Part shown: one piece after another, positions 1 to 9,571 of the stretch | Numbering within the stretch: position 1 is the first letter of the stretch | Layout: every line of letters begins with the position of its first letter | Assembly: GCA_038231135.1 (NCBI GenBank) | Contig: JBBRLX010000002.1 | Coordinates: 186,556 to 250,555, forward strand | Direction of reading: 5' to 3' | From: Candidatus Eiseniibacteriota bacterium | GTDB taxonomy: Bacteria; Eisenbacteria; RBG-16-71-46 | DNA: 64,000 nucleotides | Made by a program: the position numbers and the translations under genes | The notes under the pieces: model-generated | Database searches by the model: none | What the model was told of the DNA's origin: nothing | Seen by the model: the letters and a program-made list of their open reading frames with translations, nothing else

Positions 1-355
1 GAGAGTCACCGTGCGGATAACCGGAACCGCCGGCTTCGAAGTCCCACATCGCACCCTGCGCGGGCGGACGATGGTAGGGACCGGTCGGAACGGAGAACTT
101 GTCGCTGCCGGACCAGATGGACCAATAGTTGTCTCCCGAATGCCCCGGGGTATAACCGACGTACGTCGTGTCCACCGTGGTGGCCGACGAGCCGAGCCTC
201 GAGGCGCGTGACTGGAGATCCTTGGCCATGGCGGCGTTCATGAGCTTGGGGCTCACGTTCATCTCGCCATCGCTATCCAGGGCCGCAAGCGCCAAATTCG
301 CCACGAACGCGGTTGCTCCTGCTGCAAGCAACAGCGCAACGAGCGATTTCTTCAT
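1..355 (-). CDS. Secreted protein, N-terminal part only (runs off the window start; absent from the ORF track)
   Basis: ATG at 355 preceded by SD GGAGGT; reads MKKSLVALLLAAGATAFVANLALA-ALDSDGEM...WDFEAGGSGYPHGDS with no stop to base 1; signal-peptide-like N-terminus. Confidence 0.8.
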   Translation of the reverse strand, partial: MKKSLVALLLAAGATAFVANLALAALDSDGEMNVSPKLMNAAMAKDLQSRASRLGSSATTVDTTYVGYTPGHSGDNYWSIWSGSDKFSVPTGPYHRPPAQGAMWDFEAGGSGYPHGDS

Positions 356-700
356 TTGATTACCTCCATCGTCGCAATGCATGGGCAATGCGAAGTGTTC
401 CAAGAACGGGATTTCGAGCGAGGTATCGCAGAACAACAATTGCGCCGAAGGCCTCCTCAAAAAATGGCGGAGACACCGACGGCATCAGCTGCGCTCGGTG
501 AGTGCGATTCCCCCTTTCTGCAGTCGGGCCACACACTTTAGGCAGTTCAAGTGCACTGGCCGACACTCGAGTATGAGTACTGTCTTCGTTTCGATTGAAC
601 GTAGAGGACGACCGCTGCCAGTCGCCGAGGGCTACGACAACCGCGGAACCTGAAGCGCTCCTAGGGGTTTTAAGAGGAGCGCCGCTACCCAGCAACGCAA

Positions 701-730
701 AGGCTAGGCGCTGCTACAGGCTTCTGTCAA
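701..730 (-). promoter_or_regulatory. sigma70-type promoter TTGACA-N18-TAGCCT for the secreted-protein gene
   Basis: Perfect -35 at 725-730, TANNNT -10 at 701-706, A-tract upstream; overlaps the last codons of the ATPase gene. Confidence 0.55.
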
Positions 731-2113
731 TCCGTTTTTTTGCTGATACTTGGCGTTTTTCGCCGAACCCGTCGCCCCGGGCGTAACCGCGAGCCCCAGA
801 CAAACTTCGATCGCCTGAACCTCACGACTAAAGGCCCGGTCCTGGGTCGCGATCACCACCGGAATCCGCTTCGCGAGCTCCAGAACGAGGGTCGCGAGCA
901 GCCGGCGGCGCCCGGGATCGAGGCCGCAGGTCGGTTCGTCCAGCAGCAGAATGGGCGCGGGGGCGATCGAGGCCCCCACGATGGCGATGATCCGCTTCTC
1001 CCCGGCCGACAGGCTCCACGTCCGGCGCTCCCACATCACCGCGGGCATGCCGAACCGGCCGAGCAGCGAGATCGCTTCGGCCCGGGCCGCCTCGGGATCC
1101 CGCCCGCGGCGGGTGGCGGCGAACATCAGCTCCGGCCCGACCAGCTCCTCGAAGATTTGCCGCTCGGGGTACTGGCCGACGAGCAGCGGCCCCGGCAGCG
1201 CCGGCTGCCGCCACTCGGTCGTGACCCCCGGCAGCGTGTCCACCCCGGCGATGGCCTCGAGCAGGGAGCTCTTGCCGCTGCCGTTGGGTCCCAGGATCGC
1301 CCAGGTGCCGCGCCCGCCGACGTCGAACGCGATCGGCCCGGCGACCCGGACACGCATGGGAGAGCCCGATGTCGGGACGACCTGCACACGCAGCCGGACC
1401 GCACCCGCACCTTCCGCCCGGGCCGGTATCACGGCGGCGAGGCCAGCCGGGACGGCGCCCGACCCGGCGGGCACGAGGCCGTCCGGCGTCATGCTCCACA
1501 CCGAGTCCGCGCGCTCGAGCTCGACCGGCTCCTGGGTGATCCACAGCACCGCGAGGCCCGCCCGGACCTGTTCGCGGACGAGGTCGAGCGCCAGCGCTCG
1601 CGCGGCGTCGTCCAGGTGCGCCGCCGCCTCGTCGAGGAGCAGCACCTGGGGTTCGCTCGCGAGCGCGGCCGCGAGCAGCACGCGCTGCTGCTGACCCGCC
1701 GATAGTGTCTGCGGCGGTTGATCGAGCAACTCGAGGAGTTCGAAGCGCTCCGCCCACCGCACGGCCAGCTCCGCCGCCTGCGCCGGCGGACTCCCCAGAT
1801 TGAGCGCGGTGAATGCGATCTCCTCGCGCACCGAGCGCTGCGTGAGCTGGGTGGCGGGCTCCTGGAGCACGGTCGCGACGCGGACCCGCTCCCCGGTGGC
1901 CTCGGCCGTGCCCCAGTCGAGCGTGCCCGCCTTGAGCGTCCACAGTCCCGCCAGCGTGAGGGCCAGCGTCGTCTTGCCCGCGCCGTTGGGCCCGGTGACG
2001 CCGATCCAGCTGCCGGGCAGGAGCTCGAGCGTCACATTCCGGATGGCCGGCTCGGCGACACCGGGCGGCGCGCCCGCCACGTCGCGCGCCGTCAGAACGG
2101 GGGCGCTTGTCAT
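704..2113 (-). CDS. ECF-type transporter ATP-binding protein with two ATPase domains
   Basis: Two Walker A (GPNGAGKT, GPNGSGKS), LSAG signatures, Walker B LLLDE twice, VREEIAF motif; start placed at ATG 2113 just after the larC stop. Confidence 0.8.
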   Translation of the reverse strand: MTSAPVLTARDVAGAPPGVAEPAIRNVTLELLPGSWIGVTGPNGAGKTTLALTLAGLWTLKAGTLDWGTAEATGERVRVATVLQEPATQLTQRSVREEIAFTALNLGSPPAQAAELAVRWAERFELLELLDQPPQTLSAGQQQRVLLAAALASEPQVLLLDEAAAHLDDAARALALDLVREQVRAGLAVLWITQEPVELERADSVWSMTPDGLVPAGSGAVPAGLAAVIPARAEGAGAVRLRVQVVPTSGSPMRVRVAGPIAFDVGGRGTWAILGPNGSGKSSLLEAIAGVDTLPGVTTEWRQPALPGPLLVGQYPERQIFEELVGPELMFAATRRGRDPEAARAEAISLLGRFGMPAVMWERRTWSLSAGEKRIIAIVGASIAPAPILLLDEPTCGLDPGRRRLLATLVLELAKRIPVVIATQDRAFSREVQAIEVCLGLAVTPGATGSAKNAKYQQKNGLTEACSSA

Positions 2114-2115
2114 GA

Positions 2116-3288
2116 CTAAGGCCGGCCGCCACGCCATGCGGCGACCGCGGCCTCGGCCACCTCACGATACGGCGCCCCCGCGCGCTCGGCGGCGGCGCGC
2201 ACCGATTCGAACTCGGGCATCGGCCGCTCGCCGTCCGGCGTGCGGGCGATCTTGAGCGCCACCCGGCCGAACGCGGTGTCGACCTCGGCCGCGCGACGCT
2301 CGAGTTCGACGCGCTGCTCGGTGCGCACCCGCACGCCCAGCGTCGAGGTCTCGGTGAGCACCAGCCGGACGAGCGCGTCCGCCGCCGGCGGGTCGGCGAT
2401 CACGACCAGCAGCGTCCCCAGCCGGCCCTTCTTCATCACCACGGGCACCGTCATCGCGTCGAGCGCCCCCGCGGCCAGCAGCCGCGGCACCAGCGCCGCC
2501 AGCACTTGCGGGTTCTCGTCGTCGAGCGAGGTCTCGAGCACCGCCACTGTGCGCCGCTCGAGCGGTACCGGGTCCAGGTCGCCGAGCATCACCCGCAGCA
2601 CGTTCGCCTGCTCCTTCAGGTCCCGCCCGCCCGCCCCGGTGCCGACCCGGTCGAGCCGGAATGGCGGCGGCGTGCCCCAGTCCTCGACGAGCGTGGCGAG
2701 CAGTGCCGCGCCCGTCGGGGTGACGAGCTCGAAGTCGACGGCCGGGATCTCCACAGGGATGCCGCGCAGCAGCAGCGTGGTCGCGGGAGCCGGCACCGGG
2801 ATGCGGCCGTGCTCGGACATGACGCTGCCGCGCCCGAGCCGGAGCGGCGAGGAGTACACGCGCTCGACGCCGAGCGCCTCGAGCCCCTCGAGCGTTCCGA
2901 TCACATCCACCAGAGCATCGGCCGCGCCAACCTCGTGGAAATGAACGCGCTCGATCGTTTCACCGTGGACCTCCGCCTCGGCCGCGGCCAGCCGTGCGAA
3001 CACCTGGTGCGCGCGGCTGCGGACGGGTTCGTCGATCGCCGCGCCGTCGATCATCGCCACGATGTGCTTGAGGTGGCGATGGGGCTGCGTTCCAGACACC
3101 GCCACTTCGACCCGCGTCGCCGCGAACGGTCCGCGGCGGGCGGTCCCGACCGTGATGCCGACGCCGTCGAGCTTGAGCCTGAGGGGCAGCTCGACGAGCC
3201 GCTCGGCCGGCCAGCCGGCCGACACCAGCGCTCCCAGGCACATGTCGCCGCTCACGCCCGAGAAGCAGTCGAAGTACGCGATCCGCAT
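2116..3288 (-). CDS. larC: Nickel pincer cofactor biosynthesis protein LarC (nickel insertase)
   Basis: YFDCFSGVSGDM N-terminus, VHFHEVGAADA, HGRIPVPAPAT, ELVTPTGAA, MKKGR, TSTLGVR, PEFES motifs. Confidence 0.93.
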   Translation of the reverse strand: MRIAYFDCFSGVSGDMCLGALVSAGWPAERLVELPLRLKLDGVGITVGTARRGPFAATRVEVAVSGTQPHRHLKHIVAMIDGAAIDEPVRSRAHQVFARLAAAEAEVHGETIERVHFHEVGAADALVDVIGTLEGLEALGVERVYSSPLRLGRGSVMSEHGRIPVPAPATTLLLRGIPVEIPAVDFELVTPTGAALLATLVEDWGTPPPFRLDRVGTGAGGRDLKEQANVLRVMLGDLDPVPLERRTVAVLETSLDDENPQVLAALVPRLLAAGALDAMTVPVVMKKGRLGTLLVVIADPPAADALVRLVLTETSTLGVRVRTEQRVELERRAAEVDTAFGRVALKIARTPDGERPMPEFESVRAAAERAGAPYREVAEAAVAAWRGGRP

Positions 3289-3300
3289 GGAGGCTCCGCT

Positions 3301-4068
3301 TTAGGCCGGCTGGCGCCGGCCGCCGAGATTGATGAGGTGCGCCGCGTAGCCGGCGCCGAATCCGTTGTTCACGTTCACCACCGTGATGCCCGCCGCGCAC
3401 GAGTTGAGCATGGCGAGCAGCGGCGCCAGCCCGCCGAAATGCGCGCCGTACCCGATGCTCGTGGGCACCGCGATCACCGGGCGGCTCACGAGCCCGCCCA
3501 CCACGCTCGGCAGCGCGCCCTCGAGCCCCGCGACCACCACCAGCACGCGGGCGTCCCGCAGCCGCGTGCGGTGCGCGAGCAGCCGGTGCAGCCCCGCCAC
3601 GCCCACGTCGGCGATCAGCTCCGCCCTGCTACCCATGACCTGCGCCGTCACCTGCGCCTCCTCCGCCACCGGCAGGTCCGCGGTGCCCGCGCACACCACC
3701 ACCACGCGACCGCGCCCGGCGCCCGCCGCCCGCCGGCGCAGCACGAACGTCCGCGCCCTGGGGTGCAGCTCGCCCCGCGGGTACGCCTGCGCCAGCGGAT
3801 CGCGCTGGTCCGGCGTCACGCGGGTCGCCAGCACCACGCCGTGACGTGCGTGCAGCCGCCCGACGATCGCGACGAGCTGGGACGGCGACTTGCCCTCGGC
3901 GTACACGACCTCGGGAAACCCGGTGCGCTGCGCGCGCTCGTGGTCGAGCGTCGCGAACCCGAGCGACTCGGACGGCGCGGCGGCGATCGCGCGCGCGGCG
4001 GCGCCGGCGGTCACCGTGCCCCGGCGCACGCGCCGGAGCAGCGCCGTCAGCTCATCCGGCCGCAACAC
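3301..4068 (-). CDS. larB: Nickel pincer cofactor biosynthesis protein LarB (AIR carboxylase family)
   Basis: RTGFPEVVYAEGK, AGTADLPVAEEA, DVGVAGLHRL, AGLEGALPSVV, VPTSIGYG, LNSCAAG motifs. Confidence 0.93.
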   Translation of the reverse strand: MLRPDELTALLRRVRRGTVTAGAAARAIAAAPSESLGFATLDHERAQRTGFPEVVYAEGKSPSQLVAIVGRLHARHGVVLATRVTPDQRDPLAQAYPRGELHPRARTFVLRRRAAGAGRGRVVVVCAGTADLPVAEEAQVTAQVMGSRAELIADVGVAGLHRLLAHRTRLRDARVLVVVAGLEGALPSVVGGLVSRPVIAVPTSIGYGAHFGGLAPLLAMLNSCAAGITVVNVNNGFGAGYAAHLINLGGRRQPA

Positions 4069-5089
4069 CGTCCTCGCGCGCGGGCTCCGAGCCGGGCGCC
4101 TCGTACCCGCCGAGCTTGAGTTCCTCGAGATATTGCCGCAGCAGCTCCGCCATCTCGGTCACCGTCCGCGTGCGGTTCACCTGCTCGCGGACCCGGGCGC
4201 TGTTCGGCAGGCCCTTCACGTACCACGCCACGTGCTTGCGCATCTCGCGCGCCGCGCACTCCGGGCCGACGCTCGCCACCATCATCTGCAGGTGGCGGAT
4301 CCCCGATTCGAGCCGTTCCTCGGGGCTCGCGAGCGCCAGCGTCTCGCCGCGCTCCCAGAACGCCCGCACCCGCCGGAACACCCACGGATCGCCGAACGCC
4401 GCGCGCCCCATCATCACGGCATCACAGCCGGTGGTCTCGAGCATGCGGATCGCGCCGTCGGGGTCGCGCACGTCGCCGTTGCCGATGATCGGGATGCCGA
4501 CCGCCTGCTTGGCTTCGCCGATCATGTCCCAATGGGCGTCGCCCTCGAACTTCTCGGACCGCGTGCGCGCATGGATTGCGACCGCGGCGGCGCCGGCCTG
4601 CTCGAGCGTGCGGCACACCTCGACCACGTTGCGCGAGTTGCCGTCCCAGCCGAGGCGCACCTTGGCGGTGATGGGAATCCGGCTGGCTTCGACCATGCCA
4701 CTCACGATCGCGTGGATGCGCGGCACGTCCTGCATCAACGCAGCGCCCGCGCAGCGGTTCACCACCTTGCGCACCGGGCAGCCCATGTTGATGTCGATCA
4801 AATCCGGCCGCCGTTCGGGCGGCAGGTCGTTCAGCACCCGGGCGGCGTCGGCCATCGTCGCGGGATCCGAGCCGAACAGCTGGATGCCGATCGGCCGCTC
4901 CATCGGTTCGAACGCGCAATAGTCGAGCGTGGCCTGGTTGCCGCGGACGAGCCCGTCCGCCGACACCATCTCGGTGAACACCATCGACGCGCCCTGCTCG
5001 CGCGCGAGTTGCCGGAACGGCGAATCGCTGACCCCCGCGAGCGGCGCGAGCAGGAACGGCGAATCGGCCTCCACCCCGCCGATCTTCAT
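4052..5089 (-). CDS. dusB: tRNA-dihydrouridine synthase DusB
   Basis: LAPLAGVSDSPFR, TEMVS, QLFGSDP, DINMGCP, HARTR, GNGDV, GRAAFGDPW; start MKIGG at 5089 inside ORF 4052..5638. Confidence 0.92.
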   Translation of the reverse strand: MKIGGVEADSPFLLAPLAGVSDSPFRQLAREQGASMVFTEMVSADGLVRGNQATLDYCAFEPMERPIGIQLFGSDPATMADAARVLNDLPPERRPDLIDINMGCPVRKVVNRCAGAALMQDVPRIHAIVSGMVEASRIPITAKVRLGWDGNSRNVVEVCRTLEQAGAAAVAIHARTRSEKFEGDAHWDMIGEAKQAVGIPIIGNGDVRDPDGAIRMLETTGCDAVMMGRAAFGDPWVFRRVRAFWERGETLALASPEERLESGIRHLQMMVASVGPECAAREMRKHVAWYVKGLPNSARVREQVNRTRTVTEMAELLRQYLEELKLGGYEAPGSEPAREDGVAAG

Positions 5090-5757
5090 GCGCCCACCGC
5101 GCGACCGTACCCGGGCAGCGTGCGCGCGAACTCGGCGACGTCGGCGAACGAGCGGAACGGATGCCACGCGAGGCCCTCGGCCGCGCACCACTCGGCGAGC
5201 GCGCCGCGGGCCAGCACGTGATCCGCGATCCGCGCCCCGCACCGATCCGACATCCCGTCTCCCACCATCACCACGCAATCGCCCTCGTCGCGCATCCGGC
5301 GTGCCGGATCGCCCTTGCAGTTGCCGCACCGGCCGCAGCCGCGCCCGGCGTTCGGAAACTCCGGCACCGCCCGGCCGCCCTCGAACCGCATGTGGTTGGC
5401 CGAGACCGGCACCCGGCCGAGCCCGCAGCGCTCCAGCAGCGGCTGGATGTAGAACTCGAACCCGTCGCTCGCGACCAGCAGCCGGTCGTGGCGTGCCTCG
5501 ACGCCGGCGACGAACCCGGCGAACGTCGGGTCGATGTCGAACGACGCGGCGTAGGCGCCGGCCTCGGGCTGGGTGACACGCACCCACGAGCACTCGGCTT
5601 CCGTCAGCTCGCGGCTGCCGATCCCGCCGGCCCGCCACTCGGCGAACAACCGGGCGCGCTCGGCATCGCCGCCCACGGCGAACCGGCGCACGAACCCCGC
5701 GCCGATGTCGTGCGGCGCGATGGTGCCGTCGAAATCACACAGCCATGCGGTCCGCAC
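5086..5757 (-). CDS. HAD-IB family phosphatase, MtnX-like
   Basis: CDFDGTI motif I, ASDG motif II, CGRCGNCK, VGDGMSD motif IV; GTG start at 5757. Confidence 0.85.
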   Translation of the reverse strand: MRTAWLCDFDGTIAPHDIGAGFVRRFAVGGDAERARLFAEWRAGGIGSRELTEAECSWVRVTQPEAGAYAASFDIDPTFAGFVAGVEARHDRLLVASDGFEFYIQPLLERCGLGRVPVSANHMRFEGGRAVPEFPNAGRGCGRCGNCKGDPARRMRDEGDCVVMVGDGMSDRCGARIADHVLARGALAEWCAAEGLAWHPFRSFADVAEFARTLPGYGRAVGA

Positions 5758-5759
5758 CG

Positions 5760-7337
5760 TCAGCGGGTGGGATCGAGCGAGCGGTCGCCCACCGTGATCG
5801 CGAACACGTCGGCCGGCCGCGCCGCGTGGCCGAGCACCAGGGCCGCCCGCGCGAACACCGGGTCCGACTCCAGCACCACGCGCATCGCCGCGGCGTCGCC
5901 GCCCGTGCGCCGGGCCAGTTCGCGCCGCACCCCGCGCTCGATCACGCTGCGCTCGGCGGCGAACTCGGCCGGCGTCGACGTGACGCCGCCGGCCTTCGCA
6001 TAGTCCGTGAACTCCCGCCACTCGTCGTCGGGCAGCGCCGCCGGGACCGCGGCGCCGGGGTGGGTGTTCACCCACTTGTTCGCGAACCGGAACGCGAGGC
6101 CGCGGCGCTCGATCTCCCGCGCCGCCGGCGGCAGCGAATCCGGGATCACGGTGACATCCGGCGTGATCCCGCCGCCGCCGTACACCCGCCGGCCGTGGGA
6201 GGTGTGGAACACCGGCCGCGACTTGGTGCTGTCGCGCGACGAATCCGGCGCGGCCTCGTCATCGCCCTCGACATCGGCGGCGGTCGCCCGCTGCTTGTGG
6301 ATCGAGCGCCCGCTGGGCGTGTAGTAGAGCGCGGTCGTGAGCTTGAGCGCGGTGCCGCGGGTGTGCAGCGGAAACAGGCTCTGCACCGAGCCCTTGCCGA
6401 ACGTGGTACGGCCCACGATCAGCGCGCGATCCAGATCCTGCAGCGCGCCCGCGACGATCTCGGACGCCGACGCGCTGCCGTCGTCGACCAGCACCACGAG
6501 CGGCGAGGCGAGATCGGCGCCCGCGGACGGCGCGTAGTAGCGCTGGTCCTGGTTGCGCGCCCGGCCCTTCGTGGACACCACCATCGAGCCCTTGGGCAGG
6601 AACTGGTCGGCCACGTCGACCGCCTGGTCCAGCAGGCCGCCCGGATTCGTGCGCAGGTCCAGCACGAACCGCCTCGCGCCCTGACGCCGCAGGCTCTCGA
6701 GCGCGGCACGGACCTCGGCCCCCGAGGTCTTGGAGAAGTTCGCGAGCCGCACGTAGCCCAGGTCGCGGCCCACCGTGAACGAATACGGCACGCTCTTCGT
6801 GACGATCTCGCGGCGCACGAGGTCGTAGTCGTGCACGCCGGTATCGCCCTCGCGCGCCACCGAGACCGCGACGGGGGTGCCGGGCTTGCCGCGCAGCAGC
6901 CGCGACGCATCGTCGACGCTCAGCCCGGAGGTCGCCTTGCCGGCGATCTTCACCAGGATGTCGCCCGAGTGAATGCCGGCTTCGACCGCCGGGCCGCCTT
7001 CGAGCGGCGCGATCACGGTCGGGAATCCGTCACGCACCCCGACCTCGACGCCGATGCCCGAGTACTTTCCGTCGGTGAACTCGTCGAGCGTGCCCGAGTC
7101 GGTGGTGTCGAGGTACTGCGAGTAGGGATCGAGATCGCCGAGCATGCCGTCGATCGCGCCCCGGATCGCGCTCTGGGCCTTGACGGGGACGACGTAGTTC
7201 TCCTCGACCCGCTGCAGGACCTCCACGAACACGTCGAGATTGGCGTAGAGGTCGCCCGTCGTCCCGCGGCCCACCCACCAGCCCAGCGCGAACAGCGCGA
7301 GCATGAGGGACCCAAACAGGAACCGCCGACGCATCAC
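5760..7337 (-). CDS. ctpA: S41 family carboxy-terminal processing protease
   Basis: LDPYSQY, PDZ GIGVEV, LDLRTNPGGLL, SASASEIVAGALQD, TFGKGSVQ. Confidence 0.92.
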   Translation of the reverse strand: MMRRRFLFGSLMLALFALGWWVGRGTTGDLYANLDVFVEVLQRVEENYVVPVKAQSAIRGAIDGMLGDLDPYSQYLDTTDSGTLDEFTDGKYSGIGVEVGVRDGFPTVIAPLEGGPAVEAGIHSGDILVKIAGKATSGLSVDDASRLLRGKPGTPVAVSVAREGDTGVHDYDLVRREIVTKSVPYSFTVGRDLGYVRLANFSKTSGAEVRAALESLRRQGARRFVLDLRTNPGGLLDQAVDVADQFLPKGSMVVSTKGRARNQDQRYYAPSAGADLASPLVVLVDDGSASASEIVAGALQDLDRALIVGRTTFGKGSVQSLFPLHTRGTALKLTTALYYTPSGRSIHKQRATAADVEGDDEAAPDSSRDSTKSRPVFHTSHGRRVYGGGGITPDVTVIPDSLPPAAREIERRGLAFRFANKWVNTHPGAAVPAALPDDEWREFTDYAKAGGVTSTPAEFAAERSVIERGVRRELARRTGGDAAAMRVVLESDPVFARAALVLGHAARPADVFAITVGDRSLDPTR

Positions 7338-7346
7338 CTAACCCCC

Positions 7347-7468
7347 ACGTTTTGCCATGAATCGCCGATTGCTGCGTTGGCGCGTCGCTCGTCGCTGCGA
7401 CGTATCTTACGATACGTCTCGCTCCTCGCTCCTTGCCGCCTTGCACTCGACGATTCATGGCAAAACGT
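7347..7468 (-). repeat. 122-nt palindromic extragenic element: 18-bp perfect terminal inverted repeat, apical GACGTATC-GTAA-GATACGTC hairpin
   Basis: acgttttgccatgaatcg (7347-7364) is the exact reverse complement of cgattcatggcaaaacgt (7451-7468); the interior pairs through tandem G-A on the minus strand. Confidence 0.85.
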
Positions 7469-7547
7469 TCGAGCCAATGGAAAACGGGGAACACCCCGGA
7501 GTGTCGCGCGGAGGGAGCGGGGAAGACGCCCAAGATAGGATGCTCGA

Positions 7548-7556
7548 ACTATAGCA
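7548..7556 (-). promoter_or_regulatory. Extended -10 element TGcTATAGT upstream of the ctpA-lar run
   Basis: Matches TGnTATAAT with one mismatch, in the tmk-ctpA intergenic gap. Confidence 0.45.
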
Positions 7557-7605
7557 TAGGCGCATGCGGTTTCCGGGCCGCCCCGGGCCTGCGTGGCCTG
7601 TCCGT

Positions 7606-8235
7606 TCAGGCTGGAACCGCGTGTCGTCTCGTCACTTCGTTCCAAACCTGCTGCTCGAGTTCGGCGGGATCGTGGCCGGCGTCGAGGACCATGAAGCGCT
7701 GGGGTTCAGCGTGTGCCAATTCCAGGTAGCGGGCGCGCACGCGGGCGTGGAACGGGGTGGGCTCACGGTCGAGCCGGTTGGTCGCCGCGGCGGCGTGGGC
7801 CCGGCGGTCGAGGCCGACGGCCGGGTCCAGGTCGAACAGCAGCGTGAGGTCGGGCGTAAGGCCGCCGGTCGCGGCGCGGTTCATGGCGGCGAGCAGTTCG
7901 GCATCGAGGCCGCGACCGGCGCCCTGATAGGCCAGCGTGGAGTCGGAGTAGCGGTCGCACAGCACCACCGCCCCGCGCGCGATCGCGGGGACGATCACCC
8001 GCGCGACGACATCCGAGCGCGCCGCCTCCATGAGAAATGCCTCGGAGCCGGCGCCGGGATCGTGGCCCGGCTCGAGCAGCAGCGTGCGGATGCGCTCGGC
8101 GAGCGGGGTGCCACCGGGCTCGCGGGTCTCGACCACGTCCTCGCCCCGCGCCCTGAGGCGCGCGGCGAGCCGCTCGATCTGGGTGGACTTGCCGGACCCC
8201 TCGCCGCCTTCGAAGGTGACGAAGAACCCCGGCAT
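7606..8235 (-). CDS. tmk: dTMP kinase
   Basis: [39 protein letters not shown] at 8235. Confidence 0.95.
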   Translation of the reverse strand: MPGFFVTFEGGEGSGKSTQIERLAARLRARGEDVVETREPGGTPLAERIRTLLLEPGHDPGAGSEAFLMEAARSDVVARVIVPAIARGAVVLCDRYSDSTLAYQGAGRGLDAELLAAMNRAATGGLTPDLTLLFDLDPAVGLDRRAHAAAATNRLDREPTPFHARVRARYLELAHAEPQRFMVLDAGHDPAELEQQVWNEVTRRHAVPA

Positions 8236-8237
8236 CG

Positions 8238-9542
8238 CTAGCGACTCCGGGCCGGGCGAGCCTTGGGGCGCGCCTTGGCGCGGCCCTTCGCGGCCCGCCG
8301 CTTCGCCGCCGGCAGACTGCCGCCGTTCGCGTGTCCGTTCGCCGACGGCTTCGACGCCCTGGCCGCCGTCTTCCCGGCACCGCGCGGCTTGTCGGGCGTG
8401 GCGCGGCGCAGCGGGGCCACGTCCTTCTTCACCATCGGCGCGCCCTTGTCGCGGAGCTGCTTCTCGACCGCCTTGGGGTCGAGGATGAACGCCTCGACCA
8501 GCTCGCGCGCGCGATCGTCGGGAATCTGCACCGGCGGCGACTTCTTGAAGTAGCTCGACGGCGCGATCAGCGCGCCCTTGAGGCCGTTGTCGAGTCCGAG
8601 CTTCGCGCAGCGCACGGCGTCGATCACGATGCCGGCCGAGTTCGGGGAGTCCCACACCTCGAGCTTCATCTCGAGGTTGAGCGGCACGTCGCCGAACGTC
8701 GTACCCTCCATCCGGATGTGGCACCACTTGCGGTCCTTGAGCCACGGCACGTAGTCCGACGGCCCGACGTGCACGTCGTCCGCCGGCAGGTCGTAGGGAA
8801 TGTTGCTCGTCACGGCCGAGGTCTTGGAGATCTTCTTCGACTCGAGGCGCTCGCGCTCGAGCATGTTGAGAAAGTCGGTGTTGCCGCCGAAATTGAGCTG
8901 GTAGGTGCGGTCGATGCGCACGCCGCGGGTGACGAACAGGTTCGCGAGCATGCGGTGCGTGATCGTCGCGCCAACCTGCGACTTGATGTCGTCGCCGATC
9001 ACCGGCAGGCCCTTCTTCTCGAAGCGCTCCTGCCAGTACTTCTCGCGCGCGATGAACACCGGGATGCAGTTCACGAACGCGCAGCCCGCCTCGAGCACCT
9101 GCTCGACGTACCACTTGGTGGCCTCTTCGGAGCCCACGGGCAGGTAGTTCACCACCACGTCGGCGCCGGTGTCGCGCAGCAGCTTCACGATGTCGACCGT
9201 CGAGCCGGGCGCCTTGGTGATGATCTTCGACAGGTACTTGCCGAGCCCGTCGTGCGTCATGCCGCGCTGCACCGTGACTCCGGTGCGCGGCACCTTGTCG
9301 AACACGAACGTGTTGTTCGGCGCCTGGCCGATCGCGTCGGCGACGTCCTTGCCGACCTTGTTGATGTCGATGTCGATCGCCGCCACCACCTCGACGTCGC
9401 GGATGTGGTAGCCGCCGAGGTTCACGTGCATCAGGCCGGGAACGCGGTCGGCCTCCTTCGCGTTGCGGTAGTAGTGGAGCCCCTGGACGAACGACGACGC
9501 ACAGTTGCCGACTCCGATGATCGCGACACGCACCTTACCCAT
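8238..9542 (-). CDS. ino1: myo-inositol-1-phosphate synthase with basic C-terminal tail
   Basis: [69 protein letters not shown] before ATG 9542. Confidence 0.95.
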   Translation of the reverse strand: MGKVRVAIIGVGNCASSFVQGLHYYRNAKEADRVPGLMHVNLGGYHIRDVEVVAAIDIDINKVGKDVADAIGQAPNNTFVFDKVPRTGVTVQRGMTHDGLGKYLSKIITKAPGSTVDIVKLLRDTGADVVVNYLPVGSEEATKWYVEQVLEAGCAFVNCIPVFIAREKYWQERFEKKGLPVIGDDIKSQVGATITHRMLANLFVTRGVRIDRTYQLNFGGNTDFLNMLERERLESKKISKTSAVTSNIPYDLPADDVHVGPSDYVPWLKDRKWCHIRMEGTTFGDVPLNLEMKLEVWDSPNSAGIVIDAVRCAKLGLDNGLKGALIAPSSYFKKSPPVQIPDDRARELVEAFILDPKAVEKQLRDKGAPMVKKDVAPLRRATPDKPRGAGKTAARASKPSANGHANGGSLPAAKRRAAKGRAKARPKARPARSR

Positions 9543-9571
9543 GGATTCGATACCTCCAGATCCGTCCGCCG

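Noticed and set aside
2116..3288. Programmed frameshift in larC as in Lactiplantibacillus
   Set aside because: Both LarC domains are in one continuous frame
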